DNA of 64,000 nt, from contig CAVVLJ010000021.1 in assembly GCA_963749075.1 (NCBI GenBank), positions 1 through 64,000 of the forward strand, read 5' to 3'. This document shows, one piece after another, positions 1-9,596 of the stretch. Below the pieces are notes generated by a model, which ran no database searches, was not told the DNA's origin, and worked only from the letters and a program-made list of their open reading frames with translations. Both the position numbers and the translations under genes were made by a program. How positions within the stretch are numbered: position 1 is the first letter of the stretch; every line of letters begins with the position of its first letter. The DNA is from an uncultured Pseudomonadota bacterium. Its GTDB lineage: Bacteria; Pseudomonadota; Alphaproteobacteria; JACZXZ01.

Positions 1-239
1 CCGACGCAAGTGAGATGCGCCGCCGGGTTGAGCTCCGTTTCCTCGACGATTCGCTTGACTGTCGCATGTGTACGGTCCCGCGTCGAACCACCGGCGCCAT
101 AAGTGACCGAGACAAAACGTGGCTGCAGCGGCCCGAGTCGCCGGATTGCATTCCAGAGTTGCGTCTCCATCTCGGGTGTGCGCGGCGGAAATTGAAACGA
201 AACCGCGCTTTCCGTTTTCAATTCGGCCAAATTTTGCAC
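1..239 (-). CDS. metF: 5,10-methylenetetrahydrofolate reductase, N-terminal part (runs off the window edge)
   Basis: Manual minus-strand translation gives [49 protein letters not shown]...PAAHLTCV, the MetF N-terminus. Probable GTG start at 239. Not in the ORF track because no stop lies in the window. Confidence 0.9.
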   Translation of the reverse strand, partial: MQNLAELKTESAVSFQFPPRTPEMETQLWNAIRRLGPLQPRFVSVTYGAGGSTRDRTHATVKRIVEETELNPAAHLTCV

Positions 240-240
240 T

Positions 241-1234
241 TTATGCCGCGGCTCTGTTTTGCTGCGCTGCCCCGCGACGGCGTATTCGCCCATCCAGACC
301 ACAACGCTCAATGCCTGCGCCCCGAGCGGCGGCGCAAATGATTTGAGTAGCTACTGACTTGAGACCAGCCAATCTGAACCACCCTTCGACCTCGCTGTTC
401 GAAAAGCCCAGGCGGCGATGCGCATACTCCTTCCGCAGGAATTCGAGTGCTCATGCGGCGCAAAATCGGCCATCAATATCCGTCCACCGGCCCGGATCAC
501 CCGTCTGGCTTCGCGGATTGCGGCCTGCGGGTCGTCCAAAAAATGCAGCACCTGATGAAACACGACAGCATCAAACCCTTCCTTTGTGCTGCCGTCGGAG
601 AAAGGCAACCGGTAAACATCTCCACGCCGAACCTGGCAATTGAGGATTCCCGCATTGGCAAGACGATCGCGCGCGATCGTCAGCATTTTGGGGCTGCTGT
701 CGATGCCGATGCCCCGTCTGATATGGGATGACAGAACTTCCAACATCCGGCCTGTCCCGGTACCCGCGTCCAGTACCTGCTCAAGCGGACCATTCTGCAA
801 CAAGCGCACCACAGAGCGTTCCACCTCGCTCTCCGGCACGTGCAAGGCACGGATTTTTTCCCAATGCGCTGCATTCGCGGCAAAATATTTCGCCGCCTCT
901 GCGCCCGTTCAGCCCGGACCTCTGCCAAACGCTGCTGGTCTCCCCGCAAAACCGCATCGCTATCCGAAGCCGGCCATTGAGCGAATCCTCTTGCCAATTC
1001 CGCGGCATCACCGCCGTCGGCGCCGCGATAAAATACCCACGCGCCTTCCTTGACACGCTCCAGCAACCCTGCGTCGCAAAGCAGCTTAAGGTGACGGCTC
1101 ACGCGTGGTTGGCTCTGCCCGATAATCTCCGTGATCTCGCTGACGGTCAGCTCGGCCTTCACGAGCAGAAAAAGCAGGCGCAACCGCGTAGGGTCGCCCG
1201 CCGCACGTAACATCCCAAGCAGCCGTTCCATCAC
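241..1234 (-). CDS. ArsR-family HTH fused to a class I SAM-binding/methyltransferase domain (SahR-like regulator), split by frameshifts
   Basis: ORF 680..1234 gives the ArsR HTH ([13 protein letters not shown]...[12 protein letters not shown]). ORF 351..845 gives the SAM-binding domain ([22 protein letters not shown]). The tail [14 protein letters not shown] is in another frame. Breaks lie near 900 and 445. It sits directly upstream of metF, as sahR does. Confidence 0.85.
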
Positions 1235-1243
1235 GTCACCAAT

Positions 1244-1263
1244 ACATAAACATATCTTTATGT
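1244..1263. promoter_or_regulatory. 20-bp palindromic operator ACATAAACATATCTTTATGT (SahR-type box)
   Basis: 18/20 dyad symmetry, about 10 bp upstream of the ArsR-MTase start, in an AT-rich intergenic region. Confidence 0.75.
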
Positions 1264-1416
1264 CTTTATACGTGTACCCTTAACACCTGTCAAAGAACTG
1301 GTTCCGCAACAAAGATTAAAAATTCCGGCATATTCTTTCGTTGCCGTTCGTATATTGACGAAAGCTTCGCCAATTCCCCGCAGGCTACGGACTCAATCAC
1401 ACATCATCCACGCACA

Positions 1417-2144
1417 ATGAGCCTCTCCCACCGTTTCAATGCGGCGCTCACGATTTGCCTGCTGCTTTCGGGATGCGCCAGCATGCCCATGGCCGATACC
1501 GGCGATGTGTATGATCCCTTCGAAAAGGAAAATCGGGTACTTTTCGATGCAACTTTCCGGCTGGACCGGGCGGTAATCCGGCGAGTCGCGATCGCCTATC
1601 GCGACGTGGTTCCTTCGGGTGTGCGCGATAGCATCCGGAATTTCCTCAACAATCTCGGTTCGCCGGTGGTTTTTGCGAATGACGTTTTGCAGGGCGACGT
1701 TGATGGCGCAGGCACGACGCTCTTTCGCCTGGGCGTGAACACCACAATCGGGATTGGCGGTTTGTTTGATCCCGCAAACGGGTGGGGTTATCCCCGCCAT
1801 ACCAGCGATTTCGGTGTAACACTGGGCACATACGGCGTCGGCGAGGGGCCTTATCTGTTCATACCCATTCTCGGTCCATCCAACATCCGCGACCTCTCGG
1901 GCTACGGTGTGGACTTCCTTTTTGATCCATTCACATATTACCCGTTGCGCGAAAATTTCTGGTGGCAATCGGCCGGACGGGACTGGACGATATTGATTTG
2001 CGGGCGCGCAACATCGAAACATTGGATGAGATTGAAAAAACTGCACTGGATTTTTATGCTTCCTTGCGCAGTCTTTATCATCAGGAACGTGAGTCTCAGA
2101 TCAGGCATGGAATGCCTGAAATTCAGAATTTGCCGAATTTTTGA
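1417..2144 (+). CDS. mlaA: VacJ/MlaA lipid asymmetry lipoprotein (one frameshift near 1965)
   Basis: Lipobox LLSGCAS, plus DPFEKENR, NTTIGIGGLFDPA and DFGVTLGTYGVGEGPYLFIPILGPSNIRD. The C-terminus (ALDFYASLRSLYHQER) continues in ORF 1962..2144. Confidence 0.9.
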
Positions 2145-2236
2145 ATGGGGGCGCCACGATGGCGCAGGACACGAGCGGAACAGACGCACGTTTGCGAACT
2201 TGGAACTTGGGCAATCCTGAAATCAGGAGGCGCTTA

Positions 2237-2926
2237 ATGAACGCGTATTTGGCTCGGTGGCGGGGCCTTGCGATCCAACTGGTCGCGATTTTGACGCTCG
2301 CCGCGATAATGGTTTTCCCGGCGCAATCCGCTTTTGCACAGGCTGGTAAACCGTCCGCCGAAGCATTCGTTCAGCAGAATGTGGACCGAGGGTATCGAGA
2401 TTTCTGAACGACCCCGCGCTCTCCGGCGCACAACGGCACGATCAGTTTCGCGATTTCCTTCTCACACTGACCGATCTTCACCGCATTGGAACGTTTACGC
2501 TCGGCCAATACGCAAACAGCGCCTCGCCGGCCGATCTGCAGGCTTTTGACAAGGCATTCACGGATTATTCGGTTGCTGTTTACGAGTTCGCGGCTGGGAA
2601 AATATACGGGCCAGACACTGAAAGTGACGGGCTCGGTTCTGCGCGCGGCTGACGACGTTGTGGTGAACGCCGTGGTCGTCAATCCACAGGCTTCTTCGGG
2701 TCAGCAACCAATTCGTGTGGCATTCCGTGTACGGAAAACCGCCGATGGACGGCCCATCATCACCGACATGGAAGTAGAAGGCATCTGGCTTGCCCTTTCG
2801 GAACGTTCGGATTTCAACGGCTTCCTGCAACAGCATGGCGGCAGCGTGTCGGCGCTGGCTGACCACCTGCGCGCGCAGGCAGATCAGGTCCGCGCCGAAA
2901 GCGAACGCAACAATCTGCTCGGCTAG
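2237..2926 (+). CDS. mlaC: MlaC/Ttg2D periplasmic phospholipid-binding protein (frameshifts near 2400 and 2587)
   Basis: AGGAGG RBS and signal peptide. Stitched frames read AEAFVQQNVDRG..LNDPALSGAQRHDQFRDFL..FTLGQY..SRLGKY..ITDMEVEGIWLALSERSDF. It follows mlaA. Confidence 0.85.
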
Positions 2927-2941
2927 AAATCAGGAACTGCG

Positions 2942-2980
2942 AAGCTTCGGGTGGGCTGACCCTCACCCGAAGCTTTTTTT
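2942..2980 (+). terminator. Intrinsic terminator after mlaC
   Basis: AAGCTTCGGGTG-loop-CACCCGAAGCTT 12-bp stem followed by a T run. Confidence 0.85.
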
Positions 2981-3118
2981 GTTGGCCGATGCTCGCCTAT
3001 ACGTCGCCTATATGAAGTGGTGGCCGGCACGATCTCGATTTTTTACGCCTTTTCGTAGTTTCCAGCTTCCGGTTGTTTGGGAACTCCGCGCAGTCTTGCG
3101 GAAAGCATCGGCGTTTGC

Positions 3119-3307
3119 ATGACCAGGCGCGTTTTCAAGGAAGAAGCCGAACTGGTGGACAGGTCTTTTTTTTGGCAAAGCGAACGGGACGCGGCGGATC
3201 AGCCGCTGCTCGAGGGATTGCCGCCGCCGGCATGCATTCTTTTCGAGACCGGAAAGGCTGTAGCGGCGGCCCTCGCGTTTGGACTCCTCCTCGGTGCACT
3301 GATTTAA
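3119..3307 (+). CDS. Small hypothetical protein with a C-terminal hydrophobic helix
   Basis: 62-aa ORF ending AVAAALAFGLLLGALI. No recognised family. Confidence 0.35.
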   Translation: MTRRVFKEEAELVDRSFFWQSERDAADQPLLEGLPPPACILFETGKAVAAALAFGLLLGALI

Positions 3308-3344
3308 TGGACGGGACTTCGCTGATGCGAACCGGAGTGAGCGA

Positions 3345-3527
3345 ATGAACAATCTTCTGCACTGGGTTCTTGCCGAACGTGCTAGCTTAGTGATCGAATT
3401 TGGGCCTGCGATTTTGTTCGCCCTGGCGTGGTTGGGACTGAAGGCATCTACTCCATCCCGCCCGTCCGCTGGCATTGATCGCACATCGTCTGGTTCGAGC
3501 CCGGGGGATATCAGGTATGATCTATAA
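3345..3527 (+). CDS. Small hypothetical single-pass membrane protein
   Basis: 60 aa with a GGAG RBS and the hydrophobic stretch FGPAILFALAWLGL. Overlaps the secD start. Confidence 0.4.
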   Translation: MNNLLHWVLAERASLVIEFGPAILFALAWLGLKASTPSRPSAGIDRTSSGSSPGDIRYDL

Positions 3528-5088
3528 ACGCTGGCAAATCGCTGCGATCGTCTTTGGAGTGCTGTTGGGTGTGCTGGCAGCTATTCCGAATGTCGTCGGC
3601 CCCGGCGTTCTGCGCTATTTGCCGTTCGGACAGCAAATTTATCTCGGACTTGATTTGAAAGGCGGGACCTACCTGCAGCTTCAGGTCGACGTACCAGCGG
3701 CGGAAAAGGAGCGCGCCCAGACGACGCTTGAAAACATCCGCAGCACCCTGCGGACGGCTCGCATTCCGTATGACGATTTGCGTGTCACCGGCAATTCGGT
3801 ATCGATCCATATTCGCGACGCCAACCGCGTTGCGGACGCGAAGCGTGTGCTGCTGCCTATCGTAGGTACCGGCGCATCGCCCGATTACACGATAGCGGAC
3901 AATGGCAACGGAACGCAGGTCCTGACTCCGAATCAGGCGGCGCTGCAGGCCAGAACCGACGACATACTGACGCGATCGGTCGAGATCATCCGGCGGCGCG
4001 TCGATGAAACCGGCGTCAGCGAACCTACGATCGAGCGGCAGGGCTCGGACCGCATCATCGTGGAATTGCCGGGCGTGCAGGATCCCGACCGGCTGAAGCG
4101 GTTGCTCGGGACCACGGCCAAAATGACGTTCAGGCTTGTCGATACGACCGCAAACCCTGCCGACGCAGCGCCCGGCCGCGTCCCGCCCGAAGACGAGCTT
4201 CTCCACGAAACCGAAAAGAATGGCACGCAGACACCCTATCTCGTGCAGCGCCGTGTTGCCGTCGATGGCGACCGGCTCACTCAGGCCAGCTCCGGATTTG
4301 ATCCACGCGGCGGCGAGCCGGTGGTGAATTTTGGCTTCGATAGCCGCGGTGCGCGCGAGTTCGGCGATATTACCAAAGCCAATGTCGGCAAGCCCTTCGC
4401 GATTGTGCTCGACAATCGCGTGATCTCCGCCCCCGTAATTCGCGAACCGATCTTGGGCGGAAGCGGTCAGATCAGCGGCAATTTCACCGTCGAATCCGCG
4501 AACGAACTCGCAATACTCCTGCGCGGCGGCGCGCTTCCTGCGCCTCTGAAGGTGATCGAAGAACGCACGGTTGGTCCCAATCTGGGCGCGGATGCAATCC
4601 GCGTTGGCATATATGCCTGCGCTATCGGCGGCACGCTCGTCATCTTTTTCATGCTCTATTTTTACCGGCTGTTCGGCGTCTTTGCCTCGATCGGCATGAT
4701 CACCAATCTTGCATTGCTGATGGGCGCGCTGTCACTCCTGCAGTCCAGCCTGACCTTGCCTGGAATTCGTCGGCATCCTGCTCACCGTGGGAATGTCGGT
4801 GGATGCGAACGTGCTGATCAATGAGCGCATTCGGGAAGAGGCGCGCAAGGGCAAGACCGCGCTTGCCGCGGTCCAGACCGGCTTCTCGCGCGCCATGTCC
4901 ACGATCATCGACGCGAACATGACGACACTGCTGAAGATGGTGATCCTCTACGGTCTGGGATCGGGGCCAGTGCGCGGATTCGCCATCACGATCAGCCTTG
5001 GCATCATGACCTCGATGTTCACCTCGATCGTACTGGTGCGGCTGTTGATCGCCACCTGGTACCGGCGGACGCGACCGAGAAGTGCTCA
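3517..5088 (+). CDS. secD: Protein translocase subunit SecD (frameshift near 4765; 3' end lost at a junction)
   Basis: LGLDLKGG, IIRRRVDETGVSEP, FAIVLDN, LLRGGALPAPL and ERTVGPNLGAD, continuing as GMSVDANVLINERIREE..GPVRGFAITI in ORF 4787. No proper stop and no secF follow. Confidence 0.92.
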
Positions 5089-5186
5089 TCCTCCGCGCGC
5101 GAGGGCAGACGGTCGAGCTCGCAAGCTACGACGAGCGCATGCTGGCCGCGGCCAGGGCATTGCATATCCCGCGCGCGGAGCTGTGA
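5089..5186 (+). pseudogene. 3' fragment of a PIN-domain (VapC-like) toxin gene
   Basis: The frame from 5091 reads LRARGQTVELASYDERMLAAARALHIPRAEL*, which resembles the PIN C-terminal (T/S)xD..L..AA...G/H motif. No N-terminal part is present. Confidence 0.6.
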
Positions 5187-5204
5187 CGCCGAGATCCGCC
5201 GCGG

Positions 5205-6815
5205 CTACCGCCGCTCCTCGAGGATCATCTCGCACGCCTTCTCGGCGATGGCGATCACGGGTGCGTTGGTGTTGCCCGAGACGACGGACGGCATCACCGA
5301 GGCGTCGACCACGCGTAAAGATTCGAGCCCCTTCACCTTGAGGCGGTGGTCGACGACGGCGAGCGGGTCGCTGCCCATGCGGCAGGTCGAGGTGGGGTGA
5401 TAGATGGTCGAGCCGCGCTCGCGGCAATAGGCGAGGAGCTCGTCGTCCGACTGCACGGAGGGGCCCGGCTCGTACTCCGACGCCACGTATTCGCGCAGCG
5501 CCGGCGCCTCGTGGATGCGACGGAGGAGGCGCAGCCCCGCCACGTGGACGCGCCGGTCCTTCTCCTCGGCGAGGAAGTTGGCGCGGATCGCGGGCGGCAC
5601 GGCCGGGTCGGGCGAGACCGCCATCACCTCGCCGCGGCTCTCGGGCCGCAACTGGCAGTTGGACGAGCTGAAGGCCGAGAAGGGGTGCAGCTTCTCGCCC
5701 ATCTTGGTCGTGCTGAAGAGGAGGAAGTGGCACTGCACGTCGGGCCGCCGGTCCACCGCCTCGGAGCTGCGGAAGAAGCCGCCGGCATAGCCGGCGCCGA
5801 TGGTGAGCGAGCCCTTGCGGTAGAGAAGGTAGCGCAAGCCCATGATGGCCTTGCGCCTCAAGCTCGCGACCTCGTCGTTGAGCGTCACCGGCTTCTTGCA
5901 TCTGAGCACGATGCGCACCTGCATGTGGTCCTGGTAGCTGCGGCCCACGCCCTCGAGGGCGAGAACGGGTGCGATCCCCAGGCGCTGCAGCAGCTCCGCC
6001 GGCCCGACGCCCGAGAGCTGCAGGAGCTGCGGGCTGTTGAAGGCGCCGCCCGAGAGGATGACCTCGCCGCGCGCACGCGCTGAGAGGAGCGCGCCGTGGC
6101 TTCGGTACTCGACGCCTGCTGCGCGCCGGCCCTCGAAGAGGACGCGCGTCGCGAGCGCCTCCGTCTCCACCCGCAGGTTCGCGCGCGTCCGCGCCGGCTT
6201 GAGATAGGCGGTCGCCGTGCTCGCGCGCAGGCCGTTCTTCACGGTGAACTGGTAATAGCCCGCACCCTCCTGGGTGGGGCCGTTGAAATCGTCGTTGCGC
6301 GGGAAACCGGCCTCCTGCGCGCCGGCGATGAAGGCGTCGCAGAGGGGATGCGGCTCCGAGGGATCGGAGACGGTGAGCGGGCCGAGCGTGCCGTGGAGCT
6401 GGTCCGGCCCGCGCATCTGGTTCTCGGCACGCTTGAAATAGGGCAGGAGCTCGTCGAAGCCCCAGCCCGCATTGCCGGCTTGGCACCAGGCGTCGAAGTC
6501 CTCGCGCTGGCCGCGGATATAGACGAGGCCGTTGATCGAGCTCGAGCCGCCGAGCACCTTGCCGCGCGGATTGAAGATGCGGCGGCCGTCGAGATGGGGC
6601 TCGGGCTCGGAGGTGTAGGCCCAGTTCAGCTTGCGGTTGTTGAAGAGCTTGGCGTAGCCGATCGGCACGTGGATCCAGGGATTGCGGTCGCGCGGCCCCG
6701 CCTCGAGGAGGAGCACGCTCAGCCTGCCGCCCGCACTCAGGCGCTCCGCCAGCACGCAGCCGGCCGAGCCCGCGCCGACGACGATGAAATCGTAGCTCTC
6801 CTCCGTGGCCGCCAT
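5205..6815 (-). CDS. GMC-family oxidoreductase (choline dehydrogenase-like)
   Basis: YDFIVVGAGSAGCVLA, RGKVLGGSSSING, YHPTSTCRMG and GNTNAP motifs. GGAGG RBS before the ATG at 6815. Confidence 0.93.
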   Translation of the reverse strand: MAATEESYDFIVVGAGSAGCVLAERLSAGGRLSVLLLEAGPRDRNPWIHVPIGYAKLFNNRKLNWAYTSEPEPHLDGRRIFNPRGKVLGGSSSINGLVYIRGQREDFDAWCQAGNAGWGFDELLPYFKRAENQMRGPDQLHGTLGPLTVSDPSEPHPLCDAFIAGAQEAGFPRNDDFNGPTQEGAGYYQFTVKNGLRASTATAYLKPARTRANLRVETEALATRVLFEGRRAAGVEYRSHGALLSARARGEVILSGGAFNSPQLLQLSGVGPAELLQRLGIAPVLALEGVGRSYQDHMQVRIVLRCKKPVTLNDEVASLRRKAIMGLRYLLYRKGSLTIGAGYAGGFFRSSEAVDRRPDVQCHFLLFSTTKMGEKLHPFSAFSSSNCQLRPESRGEVMAVSPDPAVPPAIRANFLAEEKDRRVHVAGLRLLRRIHEAPALREYVASEYEPGPSVQSDDELLAYCRERGSTIYHPTSTCRMGSDPLAVVDHRLKVKGLESLRVVDASVMPSVVSGNTNAPVIAIAEKACEMILEERR

Positions 6816-7044
6816 GCCTCCCGCCTCCCCACCCGGCTCTGCCGTCCGTTTGCAGCGAGGGGATGGTAGGAGCGCGCAGGCGCCGCAGCAAGCGCCGGCA
6901 CCGCAGGTGCGTATCGGCCGGGCTTGACGGAGCCGAGACGGCTCGCCCATATCTCTGCCGCACGATCGAATCCGCCCGCCAAGCCGTCAGGCGTTCCGTC
7001 GATGCGAGCGCGCTCGCCGAGAACGCCGGCCAAGGGGAAACGCC

Positions 7045-8265
7045 ATGACCACGAGGGAATCGCGCGCCGCGATCTTGGCGCCCGCGGCGGGACGCCCGCT
7101 CGTGGCACTCCTCCTGCTGTGGCTCTCGGGCATTTGCCTGCGCATCACGCTGCTCGCCGTGCCGCCGGTCATCCCGCTCCTCCATGCCGACCTCAAGCTC
7201 ACGGAGAGCGGCATCGGCGCGCTCGTGAGCCTGCCCGCCTTCCTCTTCGCTCTCGCGGCGGTGCCGGGCTCGCTGCTCATCGCGCGCTTCGGAGCGCTGG
7301 CGACGCTCACGGCCGGCCTCGTGCTCAGCGCCGTCGCCTCGGCCGCGCGGGGTGCTGCGGGCGACCCGGCGCTGCTCTTCGCCGCGACCTTCGTCATGGG
7401 CCTCGGCGTCGCGGTCATGCAGCCGGCCCTGCCGCCCATCGTGCGCGACTGGCTGCCGCTGCGCATCGGCTTCGGCACGGCCGTCTATGCGAACGGCCTG
7501 CTCGTCGGCGAGGTGCTCTCGGCGTCGCTCACCATCCCCGTCGTCCTGCCGCTCGTGGGCGGCAGCTGGCGGCTGAGCTTCCTCGTCTGGGCGCTGCCCG
7601 TCCTCGCGACGGCCATCCTCGTGGGGCTGCTCGCACCGCGCGCCGGCGGCGGGGTGCTGCGCGCTTCGCCGACGCGCCGGCGCTGGTGGCCGAGGTGGCG
7701 CGACCCGCGCATCTGGCGCCTCGGCCTGATCATGGGCGCCATCAACAGCATCTATCTCGCGAGCAACGGCTTCCTCCCCGACTATCTCCATGCGAGCGGC
7801 CGCGCGGAGCTGATCAACGCCGCCTTGACGGCGCTCAACCTCGGCCAGCTTCCCGCCTCCTTCCTGGTGCTCGCCACAGCTGACCGCGTCGTCGGCCGCG
7901 CCTGGCCGCTCTCGGGCGTCGGGCTCCTCTCCCTCGCCTCGACCCTCGGCATCATGCTCGCCCCAGGCGGCTGGGTCGTCGCCGCGGCCGCCGCCTTGGG
8001 CTTTTCCGTGGCGCTCGGCCTCGTGCTTACGCTGGCACTCCCGGCCCTCGTGAGCGCTCCCGACGACGTGCACCGCACCTCGGCCGGGATGTTCACCATC
8101 AGCTATTGCTGCCCGGTCGCCATCTCGATCGCGGGCGGCTGGCTGTGGGACGCGAGCGGCGTGCCGGTGCTGGCCTTCGTGCCGATCGCCCTTTGCGCGC
8201 TCACGGCGGCAGGGCTCGCCTTCATGCTCAAGCTCGGCCGGCACTATGAGCCGGAGCGCCCATGA
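7045..8265 (+). CDS. MFS transporter, CynX/NimT (cyanate permease) family
   Basis: About 12 hydrophobic segments, with CLRITLLAVPPVIP and MQPALPPIVRDW motifs. Confidence 0.85.
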   Translation: MTTRESRAAILAPAAGRPLVALLLLWLSGICLRITLLAVPPVIPLLHADLKLTESGIGALVSLPAFLFALAAVPGSLLIARFGALATLTAGLVLSAVASAARGAAGDPALLFAATFVMGLGVAVMQPALPPIVRDWLPLRIGFGTAVYANGLLVGEVLSASLTIPVVLPLVGGSWRLSFLVWALPVLATAILVGLLAPRAGGGVLRASPTRRRWWPRWRDPRIWRLGLIMGAINSIYLASNGFLPDYLHASGRAELINAALTALNLGQLPASFLVLATADRVVGRAWPLSGVGLLSLASTLGIMLAPGGWVVAAAAALGFSVALGLVLTLALPALVSAPDDVHRTSAGMFTISYCCPVAISIAGGWLWDASGVPVLAFVPIALCALTAAGLAFMLKLGRHYEPERP

Positions 8266-8337
8266 GCACGCCGCGGAGCCGTCACGCGCCATAAAATGTT
8301 TCCGTGGGCCTGGTGCCGGCCCTATCCTCGCGCGCCC

Positions 8338-8436
8338 GAGCAAATCCCGATCCGGTCGCCTCACAGGATCTGGATTTGCCCGTCGAATCATATAATTGAA
8401 GCGTTTCCCGATGCCACGCGATCGGGAAACGCTCTG
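8338..8436. repeat. ~100-bp intergenic double-hairpin repeat, copy 1
   Basis: Aligns by eye with 24312-24411. Contains the palindrome AGCGTTTCCCGAT-GCCACGCG-ATCGGGAAACGCT. Confidence 0.85.
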
Positions 8437-8456
8437 GCCACCGAGGACGCTCGACG

Positions 8457-9035
8457 ATGCCGGATGCCGAAGCTTCAGCGCCTGCCCTCTCCTCGCTTCC
8501 CAAGACGGTCAGCCGCCGCGAGCTCTTCCTCGGCTTCCTCAAGATCGGCCTGCTCGGCTTCGGCGGCATCGCGGCCTGGGCGCGGCACGTCATCGTCGAG
8601 GAGCGCGGCTGGCTGAGCGAGCGGGAGTACGCCGCGATTTTGGCTATCGGCCAGGTGCTGCCGGGGCCGAACACCGTCAATGCGGCGGTGATGATCGGCG
8701 ACCGCTTCCAGGGCATCGCCGGTGCGGTGATCGCCGTCCTCGCCCTCATGGCGATGCCGCTTGCCATCCTGGTAGCGCTCGCCGCGGTCTACGAGCGCTT
8801 CGCCGCGGTGCCGGACGTGGCGGCCGGGATCGGCGGCACGGCCGCCGCCGCCGCGGGCCTGGTCATCGGCACGGCGCTCAAGATGGCGCACCGCCTCAAG
8901 CTCAGGCGCACCGCGCTCGGCTTCGGCCTCGCCGCCTTTGCCACCGTCGGCATCCTCGGCTGGCCGCTCGTTCCCGTCGTGCTGGCGCTCGCCCCCCTCA
9001 GCATCGCCGCGGCCTATGCGGAGCGCCGGCCATGA
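8457..9035 (+). CDS. Short-chain chromate transporter (ChrA family), subunit 1
   Basis: FLKIGLLGFGG, ERGWLSEREY and GQVLPGPN motifs. Confidence 0.9.
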   Translation: MPDAEASAPALSSLPKTVSRRELFLGFLKIGLLGFGGIAAWARHVIVEERGWLSEREYAAILAIGQVLPGPNTVNAAVMIGDRFQGIAGAVIAVLALMAMPLAILVALAAVYERFAAVPDVAAGIGGTAAAAAGLVIGTALKMAHRLKLRRTALGFGLAAFATVGILGWPLVPVVLALAPLSIAAAYAERRP

Positions 9036-9556
9036 AATCGGGCGTCCTCTGGCAGCTCGCCGGCACCTTCGCCTCCCTCTCCCTCGTCGCCATCGGCGGC
9101 GCCAATGCGGTGATCCCGGGCATGCACCGGGAGGTCGTCGAGGGGCACGGCTGGATGAGCGACCAGACCTTCGTCAACCTCTTCGCCGTGGCGCAAGCGG
9201 CACCCGGCCCGAACGTGCTCATCGTCAGCCTGATCGGCTGGCACGTGGCCGGGCTCGCGGGGCTTGCCGTGGCGACGCTCGCCATGATCGCACCCTCCTC
9301 CCTCCTCGCCTTCGCGGCCGCACGCCTGCTCACGCGCTTTTCCGGCGCGCACACCCTGCGCATCGTCCAAAGCGGCCTCGTGCCGATCGCGGTCGGCCTC
9401 ATCCTGGCAAGCGGCGTGGTCATGGGCAGCACCGCCAACTCCGGCACCCTCGCGCTCGCCATCACCGCCGGCACGGCGCTCTTCGTCCTCTTCAGCAAGC
9501 GCAATCCGCTCTGGGCGCTTGGCGCAGCAGCGCTCTTGAGCGTGCTCGCCGCCTGA
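9032..9556 (+). CDS. Short-chain chromate transporter (ChrA family), subunit 2
   Basis: SLVAIGGAN, HGWMS and AQAAPGPN motifs. ATGA overlap with subunit 1. Confidence 0.9.
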   Translation: MKSGVLWQLAGTFASLSLVAIGGANAVIPGMHREVVEGHGWMSDQTFVNLFAVAQAAPGPNVLIVSLIGWHVAGLAGLAVATLAMIAPSSLLAFAAARLLTRFSGAHTLRIVQSGLVPIAVGLILASGVVMGSTANSGTLALAITAGTALFVLFSKRNPLWALGAAALLSVLAA

Positions 9557-9596
9557 AGCAAATGCCGATGCGTTCGCGGCAAATGCCCCGGCGGCG

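Noticed and set aside
1-340. Apparent in-frame read-through from the SahR-like C-terminus into MetF (a regulator-enzyme fusion)
   Set aside because: Restoring one G gives ...GAG GCC GCG GCA TAA just before a GTG start at 239. The segment is full of indels, so this is most likely an artefact.
4787-5341. SecD with a novel long Arg/Pro-rich C-terminal extension
   Set aside because: The extension is out-of-frame read-through across the ~5088 junction into unrelated DNA.
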